Shown piece after piece: positions 1 to 8,285 of a stretch of 64,000 nt of DNA. A program made the translations under genes and the position numbers. Each line of letters starts with the position of its first letter. Position 1 is the stretch's first letter. Origin of the DNA: a virus. The notes beneath the pieces are model-generated. The model saw only the letters and a list, made by a program, of their open reading frames with translations, was not told where the DNA came from and did not search any database. The stretch lies in the IMG/VR virus record IMGVR_UViG_3300042898_001429, positions 1 through 64,000 of that record; one strand, given 5' to 3'.

Positions 1-475
1 TACTGGAGTCACGCCATCCGATAGCAGGTCTAAAGAATGGTCGGTTGTTCAATTTGTCGTCAAGTGTTCTAAATACATTCTTGGTTTGATATCCAAAGAA
101 TGCCAAGCGGTTAGCAACAACGATTTGCTCTTCTTTTGTTGCTCCCTTAGGTGAGTGTGAAAACTCTCTGCCTCCAAAGCCTTGCCATGCTGATTGAGCC
201 ATACCAAGACCACCTGCGTAGTAACCACCGTCATTCCAGTTGTGGTTTGTCTCACACCATGAGACTGCTTCCCAAAACTTAATGGAACCAGCCTTGCGTG
301 TTTTTAGTTGTGATTGTAGTTCAGGGTGCATTGTACGTATTGACATGCTTTGCACTGTAGGAACTGTGATTACAACTGTCGTTGTAGTCGCCTCTGGCGC
401 ATCACCTCCCGTTGTTGTAAAACCAAAGATGGTCGTGACTGAAAGGGTGAGTGCGGTGAGAAGGCGATAAACCAT
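1..475 (-). CDS. rpf: Secreted resuscitation-promoting factor (Rpf)-family lytic transglycosylase, 3'-truncated by the window edge
   Basis: Not in the ORF track. Manual translation from ATG 475: MVYRLLTALTLSVTTIFG (signal/anchor), Thr-rich linker, then FWEAVSWCETNHNWNDGGYYAGGLGMAQSAWQGFGGREFSHSPKGATKEEQIVVANR, matching the Rpf core W..VA.CE...NW....YGGL....W...GG......AT.EEQI.VA with the catalytic Glu. Confidence 0.85.
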   Translation of the reverse strand, partial: MVYRLLTALTLSVTTIFGFTTTGGDAPEATTTTVVITVPTVQSMSIRTMHPELQSQLKTRKAGSIKFWEAVSWCETNHNWNDGGYYAGGLGMAQSAWQGFGGREFSHSPKGATKEEQIVVANRLAFFGYQTKNVFRTLDDKLNNRPFFRPAIGWRDSS

Positions 476-501
476 TTTGCTCCAATGTTCCTACAATAGA
501 T

Positions 502-567
502 AAACAGAGACCCATACCAAGACGAGAGCAGGCTCTCAAAGGGGGGACTTGGTATGGGTCTCTGTTT
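502..567. repeat. Perfect 20-bp inverted repeat with an internal hairpin, between whiB and rpf
   Basis: AAACAGAGACCCATACCAAG (502-521) pairs with CTTGGTATGGGTCTCTGTTT (548-567); the loop contains GAGAGC-AG-GCTCTC. Confidence 0.85.
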
Positions 568-582
568 CTATCTTACACCTAT

Positions 583-993
583 CTACGGTGAAAGCAAGTT
601 AAAGCGGAGCATTTCTAAATCTTGAACAGGTTCACCATGCAATGGAATGACGTTCATGTTGATTTTATCGTTAGGTTGTTCATGCGCTTGAATACAATCA
701 CTACAACGACAGCCTTGTCGGTATCTAATCCATGAACCATGGGGTTTTATTACGGATGTTTTAGGTGTAGTGCTGATTAGTACAGTGCGCTCTTGTGGTG
801 TGAGACCACCCCACATGCCCCACTTTTCATCAATGCCTGCATCTAAACACTCAGCCCACACAGGGCATCGGTGACATACCTCACGCCCAATGGCGTAGTA
901 GTTATCAGGAACATCAGTATCTAATGGTGGATACCAGAAATCGTTTTTACGTTTGCGACATGCCGCATTAGTCATCCACTCGTGGAGATTCAT
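583..993 (-). CDS. whiB: WhiB-family Fe-S transcriptional regulator with an extra C-terminal HG..Y..GCRC..C motif
   Basis: W...AAC...C..CPV...CL...WGMWGGLTPQER signature. Confidence 0.9.
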   Translation of the reverse strand: MNLHEWMTNAACRKRKNDFWYPPLDTDVPDNYYAIGREVCHRCPVWAECLDAGIDEKWGMWGGLTPQERTVLISTTPKTSVIKPHGSWIRYRQGCRCSDCIQAHEQPNDKINMNVIPLHGEPVQDLEMLRFNLLSP

Positions 994-1183
994 CAGATTT
1001 ACCTTCTCTTGCAATTCTTAAAATTGCTTCAACACTGTTTTCCACAGATATTATTAACATGTCGTAACGTTGTTGTAGTGCATTTAGTTTTGCTTTGAGT
1101 TTGTTGGTTTCTTCTATTAGTTCTTCTTCTGATGTGTACCCCATTGCAGAGAGGTACGCTTTTCTCATCTCGTGAGTATCCAT
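968..1183 (-). CDS. Hypothetical coiled-coil protein
   Basis: Stop-start coupled 71-aa ORF. Confidence 0.6.
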   Translation of the reverse strand: MDTHEMRKAYLSAMGYTSEEELIEETNKLKAKLNALQQRYDMLIISVENSVEAILRIAREGKSDESPRVDD

Positions 1184-1500
1184 TACGATGGTGGGTACAT
1201 TTGTTCAGCACATTCCCAGCCACATCCTGCGTACCCAGCAATGTCTAACCAATGGTCTTTTTTTCCAGGTGACTGTGCTAAGCGAGATACTTTTACAAGT
1301 AGCATCATAACAGCAACATCATGGGGGTCAAGAAATACTTCTCCGCCAGTGTTACGTGTAATAACAATACGACGTAAGTAGTCTTCCCACATGGATGCCG
1401 TCAATGAAAAGTCGTCAATAGGGTCACCGTACTGAACGTTACGGTCACCATCTATAAGTTGGGATGCTTCAACTAGGAGTTTTGCTCTTGATGTGACCAT
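1183..1500 (-). CDS. DUF6378-like phage protein
   Basis: GDR..QYGDP..DF...A.MW, DVA.MM.L.KVSR and DHW.DIAGY motifs. Confidence 0.75.
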   Translation of the reverse strand: MVTSRAKLLVEASQLIDGDRNVQYGDPIDDFSLTASMWEDYLRRIVITRNTGGEVFLDPHDVAVMMLLVKVSRLAQSPGKKDHWLDIAGYAGCGWECAEQMYPPS

Positions 1501-2171
1501 ATCTCGTACGGGCGACCTTTCTCATGGAGTTCATTCCATTCTTTTTTCTTTTGTTTGTACGGGACGTACTTTTCATCTGCCAAAGTTTTAACTTTGACTT
1601 TGTTGGAGTTAAACCCACGAATGAATGAAACAAACTCAGGAAGATTATTTACACGATTAGCATTTTTCTTGTGTGAGTTCCATGCCCGTGTCATAAGGCA
1701 AGGGATGATGCCTGCACGTTCTGCCTCTTCGTAATAAGCCACGTGGTCATCAACCATGATTGTCTTACCAGTTGCCAACGTAGCAAGGAATGCTTTGGTC
1801 GGTCCAAAATGCAAAGTATCAACATGCAGACCATGGGTTGTAAGCCACTCGGCTGTCTGTGCCCATGCAGATTGAGGGCGGGCAGTAAGCACGTGAATCT
1901 TTACGTTCATATCACGTAAGTCTTTCCATGCCTCTAGTACCCCATCAAAAGGTTCTTTGGTTGCAAACACTTCATGTGTACGAGCGGCTTCAGTAAGCCA
2001 TGCATTGAATGTCTCTAGGTCTAAGTCCCAGTCTTCATAGAAGTTCCAGTGGGTAGGGTCAGGGAGGAATAACTTTCCCATACGCTCCGCACAGTAATCC
2101 TTAAAGGCGTCAGCAAAAGGGTAAATAACACCATCAAGGTCAATACCTACATCTGTAATTACTTCACCCAT
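1473..2171 (-). CDS. HAD-superfamily 5'(3')-deoxyribonucleotidase (NT5C-like)
   Basis: DLDGV motif I, TAR motif II, T..WL, VDD motif IV, WN. Confidence 0.8.
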   Translation of the reverse strand: MGEVITDVGIDLDGVIYPFADAFKDYCAERMGKLFLPDPTHWNFYEDWDLDLETFNAWLTEAARTHEVFATKEPFDGVLEAWKDLRDMNVKIHVLTARPQSAWAQTAEWLTTHGLHVDTLHFGPTKAFLATLATGKTIMVDDHVAYYEEAERAGIIPCLMTRAWNSHKKNANRVNNLPEFVSFIRGFNSNKVKVKTLADEKYVPYKQKKKEWNELHEKGRPYEIWSHQEQNS

Positions 2172-3175
2172 TTTTGATTCTCCATCGTCCAGTTGACTGC
2201 CTTAGTAAGTGCCTCTTCCAAGGAGTATGGAGGAACCCATCCAGCATTCATAATCTTGCTGTTATCTAATGCGTAACGATGGTCATGGCCTGGACGACTT
2301 GAGTGGTAATCAACGTTCTCATGGTTAACTTCCTTGACACCAAGTGTCTTGGCAATCTCATATGTCATTTCTAGAACGTTGCGCTCTTCACCAGCCACAT
2401 GCCAACGGTTCGGAAGTTGCGGGAACACGGGGCTGGAGCCGTAGATGTACGGGGTAGTTTCATTAAGTATCCACAGCAATGCATCTGCGTGGTTACGGGC
2501 GTGTAGCCAATGGCGTGAGGAGTACACAAACCCGTGGTTAGTCTCTTTACCGTGCAGGACAACCTTGTCTCCATTGAGCAAGGCTTTCATCGTCTTAGGA
2601 ACAAACTTCTCAATATCTTGCCGCTCACCATAAAGGTTCATGGTGTTGGTTACGGTCAATGGGAGACCATAAGTACGCCAGTAAGAAATGGCAACTGCCT
2701 CTTGACCAACCTTGCTAGCCGCATATGGGTTAGATGGGAGCATGGGGTCAGCCCACTCTTTATGAGCGTAACCTTCAGGTGCTGGACCATACACTTCGTC
2801 TGTTGATACTTGAATGAAGTGTTCTAAGTTGTCTTGGTAACGTGCCCATTCCACAAGGTTGGTGGTTCCCATGACATTATTCAAAATAAAAGGAACTGGG
2901 TTAGTGATTGACCTGTCCACATGTGACTCAGCCGCAAGATGGAGTACATACTCTACGTCAGGAGTATTGGGGGGCATTGGGGAGCGAAGGTCGTGCCACA
3001 TGATGTGCACACGCTTTGGGTCATACCCAATGATGTCAGTAAGACGTTCTACACGACCTGCATAGGTAAGGGAATCAACAATAGTTATTTCCCAATCGGT
3101 ATTTACAAGGAGGTGCTCAACGAGGTGATGCCCAGCAAAGCCACACCCACCAGTTACTAGTACATGTTTAGTCAT
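2159..3175 (-). CDS. rmlB: dTDP-glucose 4,6-dehydratase (extended SDR)
   Basis: VTGGCGFAG, LAAESHVDRSI, STDEVYG, PYAASK, RPGHDHRY. Confidence 0.92.
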   Translation of the reverse strand: MTKHVLVTGGCGFAGHHLVEHLLVNTDWEITIVDSLTYAGRVERLTDIIGYDPKRVHIMWHDLRSPMPPNTPDVEYVLHLAAESHVDRSITNPVPFILNNVMGTTNLVEWARYQDNLEHFIQVSTDEVYGPAPEGYAHKEWADPMLPSNPYAASKVGQEAVAISYWRTYGLPLTVTNTMNLYGERQDIEKFVPKTMKALLNGDKVVLHGKETNHGFVYSSRHWLHARNHADALLWILNETTPYIYGSSPVFPQLPNRWHVAGEERNVLEMTYEIAKTLGVKEVNHENVDYHSSRPGHDHRYALDNSKIMNAGWVPPYSLEEALTKAVNWTMENQKWVK

Positions 3176-3207
3176 GCCGTGAGTCTAGGGGTATTTTACT
3201 GTCTTTG

Positions 3208-4644
3208 TCAAGAGTCTTCTGACAAATCTATAATGTCAGCGTAAAGAGAATCAGTCTGGGAACTGTCTAGCCCACCATTAGGAAGTTGGCGAGCCTGTTC
3301 GCCTGCCTTGGCTCCAAACAATCGGGACAGTACGCCACTTGAGCCACTTGCTTCTACTCTGAGACTAACCATCTCTCGGTTGTCTGAGATACTTCGCATC
3401 TTTTCCACAAGGGTAAATACTCTGTCCATTTCAGTGGAAAGTGCTGGGTCAAGACCCTGTCCTTCTAGTTCTTCAGCAAACCTAGCGAACATCACACGAC
3501 CTACTTGCATCTCCACAAGCGCCCTCATTGCGGCTGTCAACTGGTCTTTAGTCCTAATCTCAATCGGCAAAGAAAACGCACACTCACTATTTTCTTGAAA
3601 TGAGGGGCAACGTGAGGACAGATAGCAATTATTACACTGTCGTAAAGGGTTCGCATTGTACTTGAGAACAGGGGTTACTTCGGGGGCAATTTCAATAGAT
3701 TCCCCATGCCCATCAAGGCTTTGCGTGCCCATGGACGTGATGTTTTCAATGCCCATGACTGGTAGCAATACACGCTGTCCCTCGTGCCGCCTCTCAGGGG
3801 GGGTGGTAGCAATACTTGCACCCCCAGAAACCACTTTTCCACCACTAGGGGTAGGGGGGGTGATAGCAACTATGTCCTCATTTTCAGGGGTACCCAACTC
3901 TTGCTCATCGGTGTCGTCCATAGGGTCATAGCCTCCAAAAGTTTTAGTTTCCCATTGTCTCCATGACTCTATCGCAAGCATCCCAATAGCAGATACTTCG
4001 TCTTCCATAACGGCGTCTATGTCAATTCCAAGTCGGATAATATCCGCACGATGTTTCTTACGAGCAGACTCTTTTTGCTGGGCTGGGTACCTGCGTAGAC
4101 CATGCCCATCCCATACTTGTGTCTCCCCATATCGGATGACAGACGTCCATGAGACCACCACGACAGAGTCCCAAGGGACGCTTTCAATTAGGTCAGGCTT
4201 AGAGGTCATTCCAATCAACTGGGCACCCCATCGCTCCGCCAGTTGCTTTATGCGCTTCTGATTCTTAGGAGTAACGGCTTTATCAGAAATAGCAACTCTG
4301 CCATTCTTTTGACATAACCACGCCAAGCGCTCCATGTCATCAGGGTCATTCCAAATAGGAACATACTTATCCCCAAGCCAAGCACCATCGTAGTTAGGTT
4401 GCCCAATAACAATGCTTAGGTTGTCAGCATGCAGTCGGATAAAACTATCGTATTTAGCAATGTCTTCATCTGTCTCTGAAACGTATAGAAGGACTTCGCC
4501 ACCATTGAACATGGCGCTGAGGTCTTGGTCTTTCTTCTTTGGGATAGGAAGATGAGTCAGATTGATACCAAATCTGGTAACACCTGCTGACAACAGCATG
4601 TTTCGGTATGAGCCTTTCTCGGCTCCACCAAAGTATATTTTCAT
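3208..4644 (-). CDS. Large phage protein; N-terminal half possibly a degenerate TGT-like barrel, C-terminal Cys cluster
   Basis: MKIYFGG start; WDSVVVVSWTSVIRYG resembles SVDSTSW..RYG; CNNCYLSSRC..C cluster. The ORF is secure, the fold call is weak. Confidence 0.5.
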   Translation of the reverse strand: MKIYFGGAEKGSYRNMLLSAGVTRFGINLTHLPIPKKKDQDLSAMFNGGEVLLYVSETDEDIAKYDSFIRLHADNLSIVIGQPNYDGAWLGDKYVPIWNDPDDMERLAWLCQKNGRVAISDKAVTPKNQKRIKQLAERWGAQLIGMTSKPDLIESVPWDSVVVVSWTSVIRYGETQVWDGHGLRRYPAQQKESARKKHRADIIRLGIDIDAVMEDEVSAIGMLAIESWRQWETKTFGGYDPMDDTDEQELGTPENEDIVAITPPTPSGGKVVSGGASIATTPPERRHEGQRVLLPVMGIENITSMGTQSLDGHGESIEIAPEVTPVLKYNANPLRQCNNCYLSSRCPSFQENSECAFSLPIEIRTKDQLTAAMRALVEMQVGRVMFARFAEELEGQGLDPALSTEMDRVFTLVEKMRSISDNREMVSLRVEASGSSGVLSRLFGAKAGEQARQLPNGGLDSSQTDSLYADIIDLSEDS

Positions 4645-4880
4645 TCCCAGCCGACTCTGCGCCACACAGAAGGTGAGTGGTTTTGCTCTATTAGGAGCCG
4701 TTCAAGGTCATCTGCGTACAAGCGAACCATGGAGAAGCAAGGCATTTCGCCGTTCTCGTCAGTCCAGTTATCTTCGTCTTCGGTGGTCGGAAACCCGTCA
4801 TGTTCCACGCACAATGGTGGTCCACAAAAGTTTTGCTCCAAACCAATCTGATACCACTCTTCAAATGTTAAGTCATCCAA
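4641..4880 (-). CDS. Hypothetical protein (C..HDG.P motif)
   Basis: Coupled 79-aa ORF. Confidence 0.65.
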   Translation of the reverse strand: MDDLTFEEWYQIGLEQNFCGPPLCVEHDGFPTTEDEDNWTDENGEMPCFSMVRLYADDLERLLIEQNHSPSVWRRVGWE

Positions 4881-5364
4881 TGTCGCCCCAACTTCTTTCT
4901 TTTTTAGCCATTTCCTGCTTGTTTATTTCTTCTACAAGCGTATCCCAGCCTTTTATCTCTCTACCTTCTGACCACTCAGGTCGGATGGTGTGAGGAATTG
5001 TAGCCAACAGTGTGGGAATGCCGTAGCGGGATATCTTAGCAATAGCCTCGGGGTCTATGTCAACAAACCAATGGGGTCTTCCAAAAACAGATGTTAAAGA
5101 CATAACTCTGTCATATACAACTTCAGAACCTTTGTCTTTAGTTATATCTACTGACGTTGCTTTAAACCCCTCACGCTTCAACCACTCTTTAAGAATCTGC
5201 TCTCCGTTGTGACCATCACGCTCAATACCGTCAGCAATAACAATAATGCGCCCATGGTAATACGGAAATAGAACATTCCAAAGGCGACGCACTTCAGCAC
5301 GTGGTTGTCGGGCACCCAGTGATTCTCCTGGGAGCGCTAACGCATCAAAGGTAATAAAAATCAT
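4873..5364 (-). CDS. Hypothetical protein, possibly a degenerate HAD fold
   Basis: Coupled ORF; N-terminal strand, WL...G and FVDID motifs. Confidence 0.55.
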   Translation of the reverse strand: MIFITFDALALPGESLGARQPRAEVRRLWNVLFPYYHGRIIVIADGIERDGHNGEQILKEWLKREGFKATSVDITKDKGSEVVYDRVMSLTSVFGRPHWFVDIDPEAIAKISRYGIPTLLATIPHTIRPEWSEGREIKGWDTLVEEINKQEMAKKERSWGDIG

Positions 5365-5828
5365 TGGTCGTAAAGACCCATAGCCTTGCGCTCAATGTGG
5401 GCAACGTGTGCACCAGCAGGGCAGTACATGCAGAGATACTGACGCTTCTCTGGTGGGACACCAATCTTGCGACCAATAGTCTTAGCCTCAATACACCAAT
5501 CAGGGCAACCATCACTAGGACGATTGTGCTGGTTAAAGCATTTCAAGGCTTCAACCTTTAGGTCATCACGGTAATCTTTGATGTACACGTCATGGTCAGA
5601 CAACTCTTTAGTAAGTGCTGACTCCATGTCCAACTTTGAAGCCGTCTCAGGGTCTGTGCGGTAAATAGTTGCACGACAATTATCTGAGTCAGGGAACTGG
5701 GCATTGTGACGGTTGCACAACTCAATAAGTTCTTGGTCATACTCAGGTGGTCCATCATAAGGACGCATCTTGTACATAACACCATGATGTTTACAGACGA
5801 GGATACGGTCAAAACCTGTTTCAGCCAT
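5361..5828 (-). CDS. Cys/His-rich hypothetical protein
   Basis: AAGGAG RBS; CKHH, C.DWC and YLCMYCP motifs. Confidence 0.65.
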   Translation of the reverse strand: MAETGFDRILVCKHHGVMYKMRPYDGPPEYDQELIELCNRHNAQFPDSDNCRATIYRTDPETASKLDMESALTKELSDHDVYIKDYRDDLKVEALKCFNQHNRPSDGCPDWCIEAKTIGRKIGVPPEKRQYLCMYCPAGAHVAHIERKAMGLYDQ

Positions 5829-5890
5829 TTTATACTCCTTGGTAGGCTCTCAGCCTACACGACAACTATTGTAGTTGTCTACCAGCCTTA

Positions 5891-6151
5891 TTACCTAGTT
5901 TTAAGAGACTGGTTGATAAATCGTTGGTCATTTGAAAGGTTTATTGCGGTTTCATCCCGACCTGTCATTGGGCTTATCATTCCCTTGTCACCAAAATCCC
6001 TGCGCTCACGGTACTCATCCAACATACCTTGTGCAATATCAGGGGTAGATTTGAATGCAGCATTAGACTGTCTTTTAGCAATCAGTTGCGCTAAACGTGG
6101 TGTAGCACGGTAGTTGTCACCAAGGCGACGTCCTCTGTGGTCTGTTCCCAT
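5891..6151 (-). CDS. Small protein, leader family A (M.TDHRG...TPRL)
   Basis: N-terminus MGTDHRGRRLGDNYRATPRLAQ shared with paralogues; GGAG RBS. Confidence 0.75.
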   Translation of the reverse strand: MGTDHRGRRLGDNYRATPRLAQLIAKRQSNAAFKSTPDIAQGMLDEYRERRDFGDKGMISPMTGRDETAINLSNDQRFINQSLKTR

Positions 6152-6160
6152 CAGTTGCTC

Positions 6161-6358
6161 CTAACGCAAGTGTGATTCGTAGTTCGGAAAGCCTTCGGCT
6201 GACTGAACGTTGTATTGAATTTGCAACTCTTCTTTACGAACGGTTGCAGAAGTTGGGTCAACCACACCACCACGGTCTGGGGTAAGACCCTTAAACTTGC
6301 CGTCGCCTGCGCCACGTACAAGGTCCATATTCATGGAACGAGATTCATTAACTGCCAT
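6161..6358 (-). CDS. Hypothetical small protein
   Basis: 65 aa, AGGA RBS. Confidence 0.65.
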   Translation of the reverse strand: MAVNESRSMNMDLVRGAGDGKFKGLTPDRGGVVDPTSATVRKEELQIQYNVQSAEGFPNYESHLR

Positions 6359-6370
6359 ACTATAATCCTA

Positions 6371-6511
6371 TCATTTCTTTAGTTTTGATACTGGAACCCA
6401 TTGTTCCCCGACTTTTACATGCCGTTCAGATGTTCCTTCGGCATTTTTCATTACTTTAACCTCAAGCGGTGCTTTGGGAGCCTCTTTAGGAGACTCCTCT
6501 ACGCTTTTGGG
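6371..6511 (-). other. Putative -1 programmed ribosomal frameshift site and 44-aa extension frame
   Basis: C CCA AAA slippery heptamer (6511-6505), 7-nt spacer, stem-loop GGAGTCTC-CTAAA-GAGGCTCC; -1 frame open to TGA at 6371. Confidence 0.7.
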
Positions 6512-7977
6512 GAGGCTTCCTTCTTTGCCGCTGGCTTCTTTGCAGGTTCCTTTTTAGCAGGAGCAGGCTTAGGAGCCGCTTCTTTCTTTGCAGGAGCCTC
6601 TGCCTTTGGAGCAGCCTCTTTTTTAGCGGGGGCTGCTTTAGCAGGTACAACGGCTTTAGCGGGTGCTGGAGCAGGTGCGGCTGGTGCAGGGGATGTAGGT
6701 GTTGTAGCAGCCGCTGGCTTTGCGGGAGCGGGCGCTGGAGCAGCCGCTTGAGCGGGGGCTGTCTGTTGCGCTTGTGGTCCTGCTGGGCTAGTTCCTGGCA
6801 TTGGGGTTATCTGTGGCTGAGCCGCTTGCGTACGAGCAGGGGTACCCGCTGGTGTAGCAGGGGTAGCCGTAGGTGCGGGGCGTGGTCTAGTTGGATTAGC
6901 AGGTGCACCACTTTGGCGAGGAGCCGCTGTAGGTGGAGTAGCAGGAGCCGCTGCTGGTGCAGCAGGTGGAGTTGTATTATTCGTAGTTGTAGTCGTTGTA
7001 GACGAAGGACCTGTTTGAGTCAAGTCATTGGTCTTTCCCTGTTGGGAAGTTACTTTATTACCTGAACCAACATTGGTGGCACCCGAAGGGTTTTGACCTT
7101 TTGGTGTGGCTCCCATAGCCATACCACCACGGCGACCACTAGACAGGTCAGCACCTGATAGGTCATAGTCACCATTTTGAGTTGTTGTGGCGGTGGCATC
7201 TGCTTTTCCACCAGTTCCACCTTTCCCTCCAGCACCGCCTGCGCCACCAGCACCGCCTGCGGCTGCTTTGGCTTGACGAGCAGTACGTTGGCGTTGAGCC
7301 GCAGGGCTGTCTGATACTTGACCAGCAACACGTCCACCTGTACGGGGACGCTTGATGGCAGGGGTACCTGCACCTCCAGCACCTCCAGGAGCGGCACCAC
7401 CAGCACCACCTTTACCAGCAGTGGCTGTTTGTGAGGACTGTGGACCAAATGTACGAGATGATGCGTCAACGTTTGTACTGTTGTCCTGTTGAGCGCCAGC
7501 ACCAAGGATGCTTCCGCCTGTTTGTACGTTTCCTGTTTCTACATTTCCAAACGTGATATTTACACGACGAGAGTTGTCAGAGTTATTAATGTCCATGTTG
7601 CTCTGGGTTCCACCACGGCGCATTGAACGGCTACTTGCTGGCTGTGTAATAGACTGCTGAGCGTTATTGCCTGCGCCACCCCATGCTTGGGAGATAGAAC
7701 TAGTGCTTCCTGCGACTGGTGCTGTGCCTGAACGACCCATGCTGTTGCCTGCACCATAATTTGTTTGCTGAGGGATGCCATAGTTTGGCTGTCCACCAAG
7801 GTTTGGTCCTTGACGTGGTCCCATTTGTGAACGTGGTTGACCAGTTGGTAGTTGACCTACTGGCGCTTGTGTGCCTAGTCCTGTGTTAAAACCAAACGAA
7901 CGCTGGCGAGCACCTTGCTGTTGCTGGTAATCAAACACTTGCTGTGCTTGCTGTTGGCGGTAATCATTAATAGCCAT
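6499..7977 (-). CDS. 492-aa low-complexity (Q/G/A/T/P) disordered protein with a histone-H1/HupB-like PAKK tail
   Basis: Composition; repeated PAKKE/AAPK units at the C-terminus. Confidence 0.8.
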   Translation of the reverse strand: MAINDYRQQQAQQVFDYQQQQGARQRSFGFNTGLGTQAPVGQLPTGQPRSQMGPRQGPNLGGQPNYGIPQQTNYGAGNSMGRSGTAPVAGSTSSISQAWGGAGNNAQQSITQPASSRSMRRGGTQSNMDINNSDNSRRVNITFGNVETGNVQTGGSILGAGAQQDNSTNVDASSRTFGPQSSQTATAGKGGAGGAAPGGAGGAGTPAIKRPRTGGRVAGQVSDSPAAQRQRTARQAKAAAGGAGGAGGAGGKGGTGGKADATATTTQNGDYDLSGADLSSGRRGGMAMGATPKGQNPSGATNVGSGNKVTSQQGKTNDLTQTGPSSTTTTTTNNTTPPAAPAAAPATPPTAAPRQSGAPANPTRPRPAPTATPATPAGTPARTQAAQPQITPMPGTSPAGPQAQQTAPAQAAAPAPAPAKPAAATTPTSPAPAAPAPAPAKAVVPAKAAPAKKEAAPKAEAPAKKEAAPKPAPAKKEPAKKPAAKKEASPKA

Positions 7978-8285
7978 TAACTTGATAATCCTTGCATTGA
8001 GTAGCGACTGGAACCTTCAAAATCATCTGCAATAAAACCATTGCGAATCATTACTGGTGCGCCAGAGACCCACGAACGATAAGTTGGCGCAAACCTATCT
8101 GTGTTTAGAACGTCCATAATTCCCATTTCTTGCTTGGCAAAGCCACGGCTCTGAGGCATCAACTGTTGTGGAACAACTGGACGAATAGCCTGAATAGTGT
8201 CGTGGTCGGAGATAGCGTTCTTCAACGCCATATCTACAAGCATCTCTGAGCGAGATTGCCATGGTTTATATGGAACTTGAATCAT
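7977..8285 (-). CDS. Hypothetical protein
   Basis: TAATG-coupled on both sides. Confidence 0.7.
   Translation of the reverse strand: MIQVPYKPWQSRSEMLVDMALKNAISDHDTIQAIRPVVPQQLMPQSRGFAKQEMGIMDVLNTDRFAPTYRSWVSGAPVMIRNGFIADDFEGSSRYSMQGLSS

Noticed and set aside
476-582. c-di-AMP (ydaO) riboswitch upstream of rpf
   Set aside because: The region is short and lacks the conserved ydaO motifs I would expect (GCUGAAUCC, GGAAC.GGGG, UCAGCUAAC); only a simple long stem is present.
3208-4644. Functional DpdA / 7-deazaguanine DNA modification
   Set aside because: The DSG and SVDS aspartate motifs are not intact and no folE/queCDE genes are present in the window.
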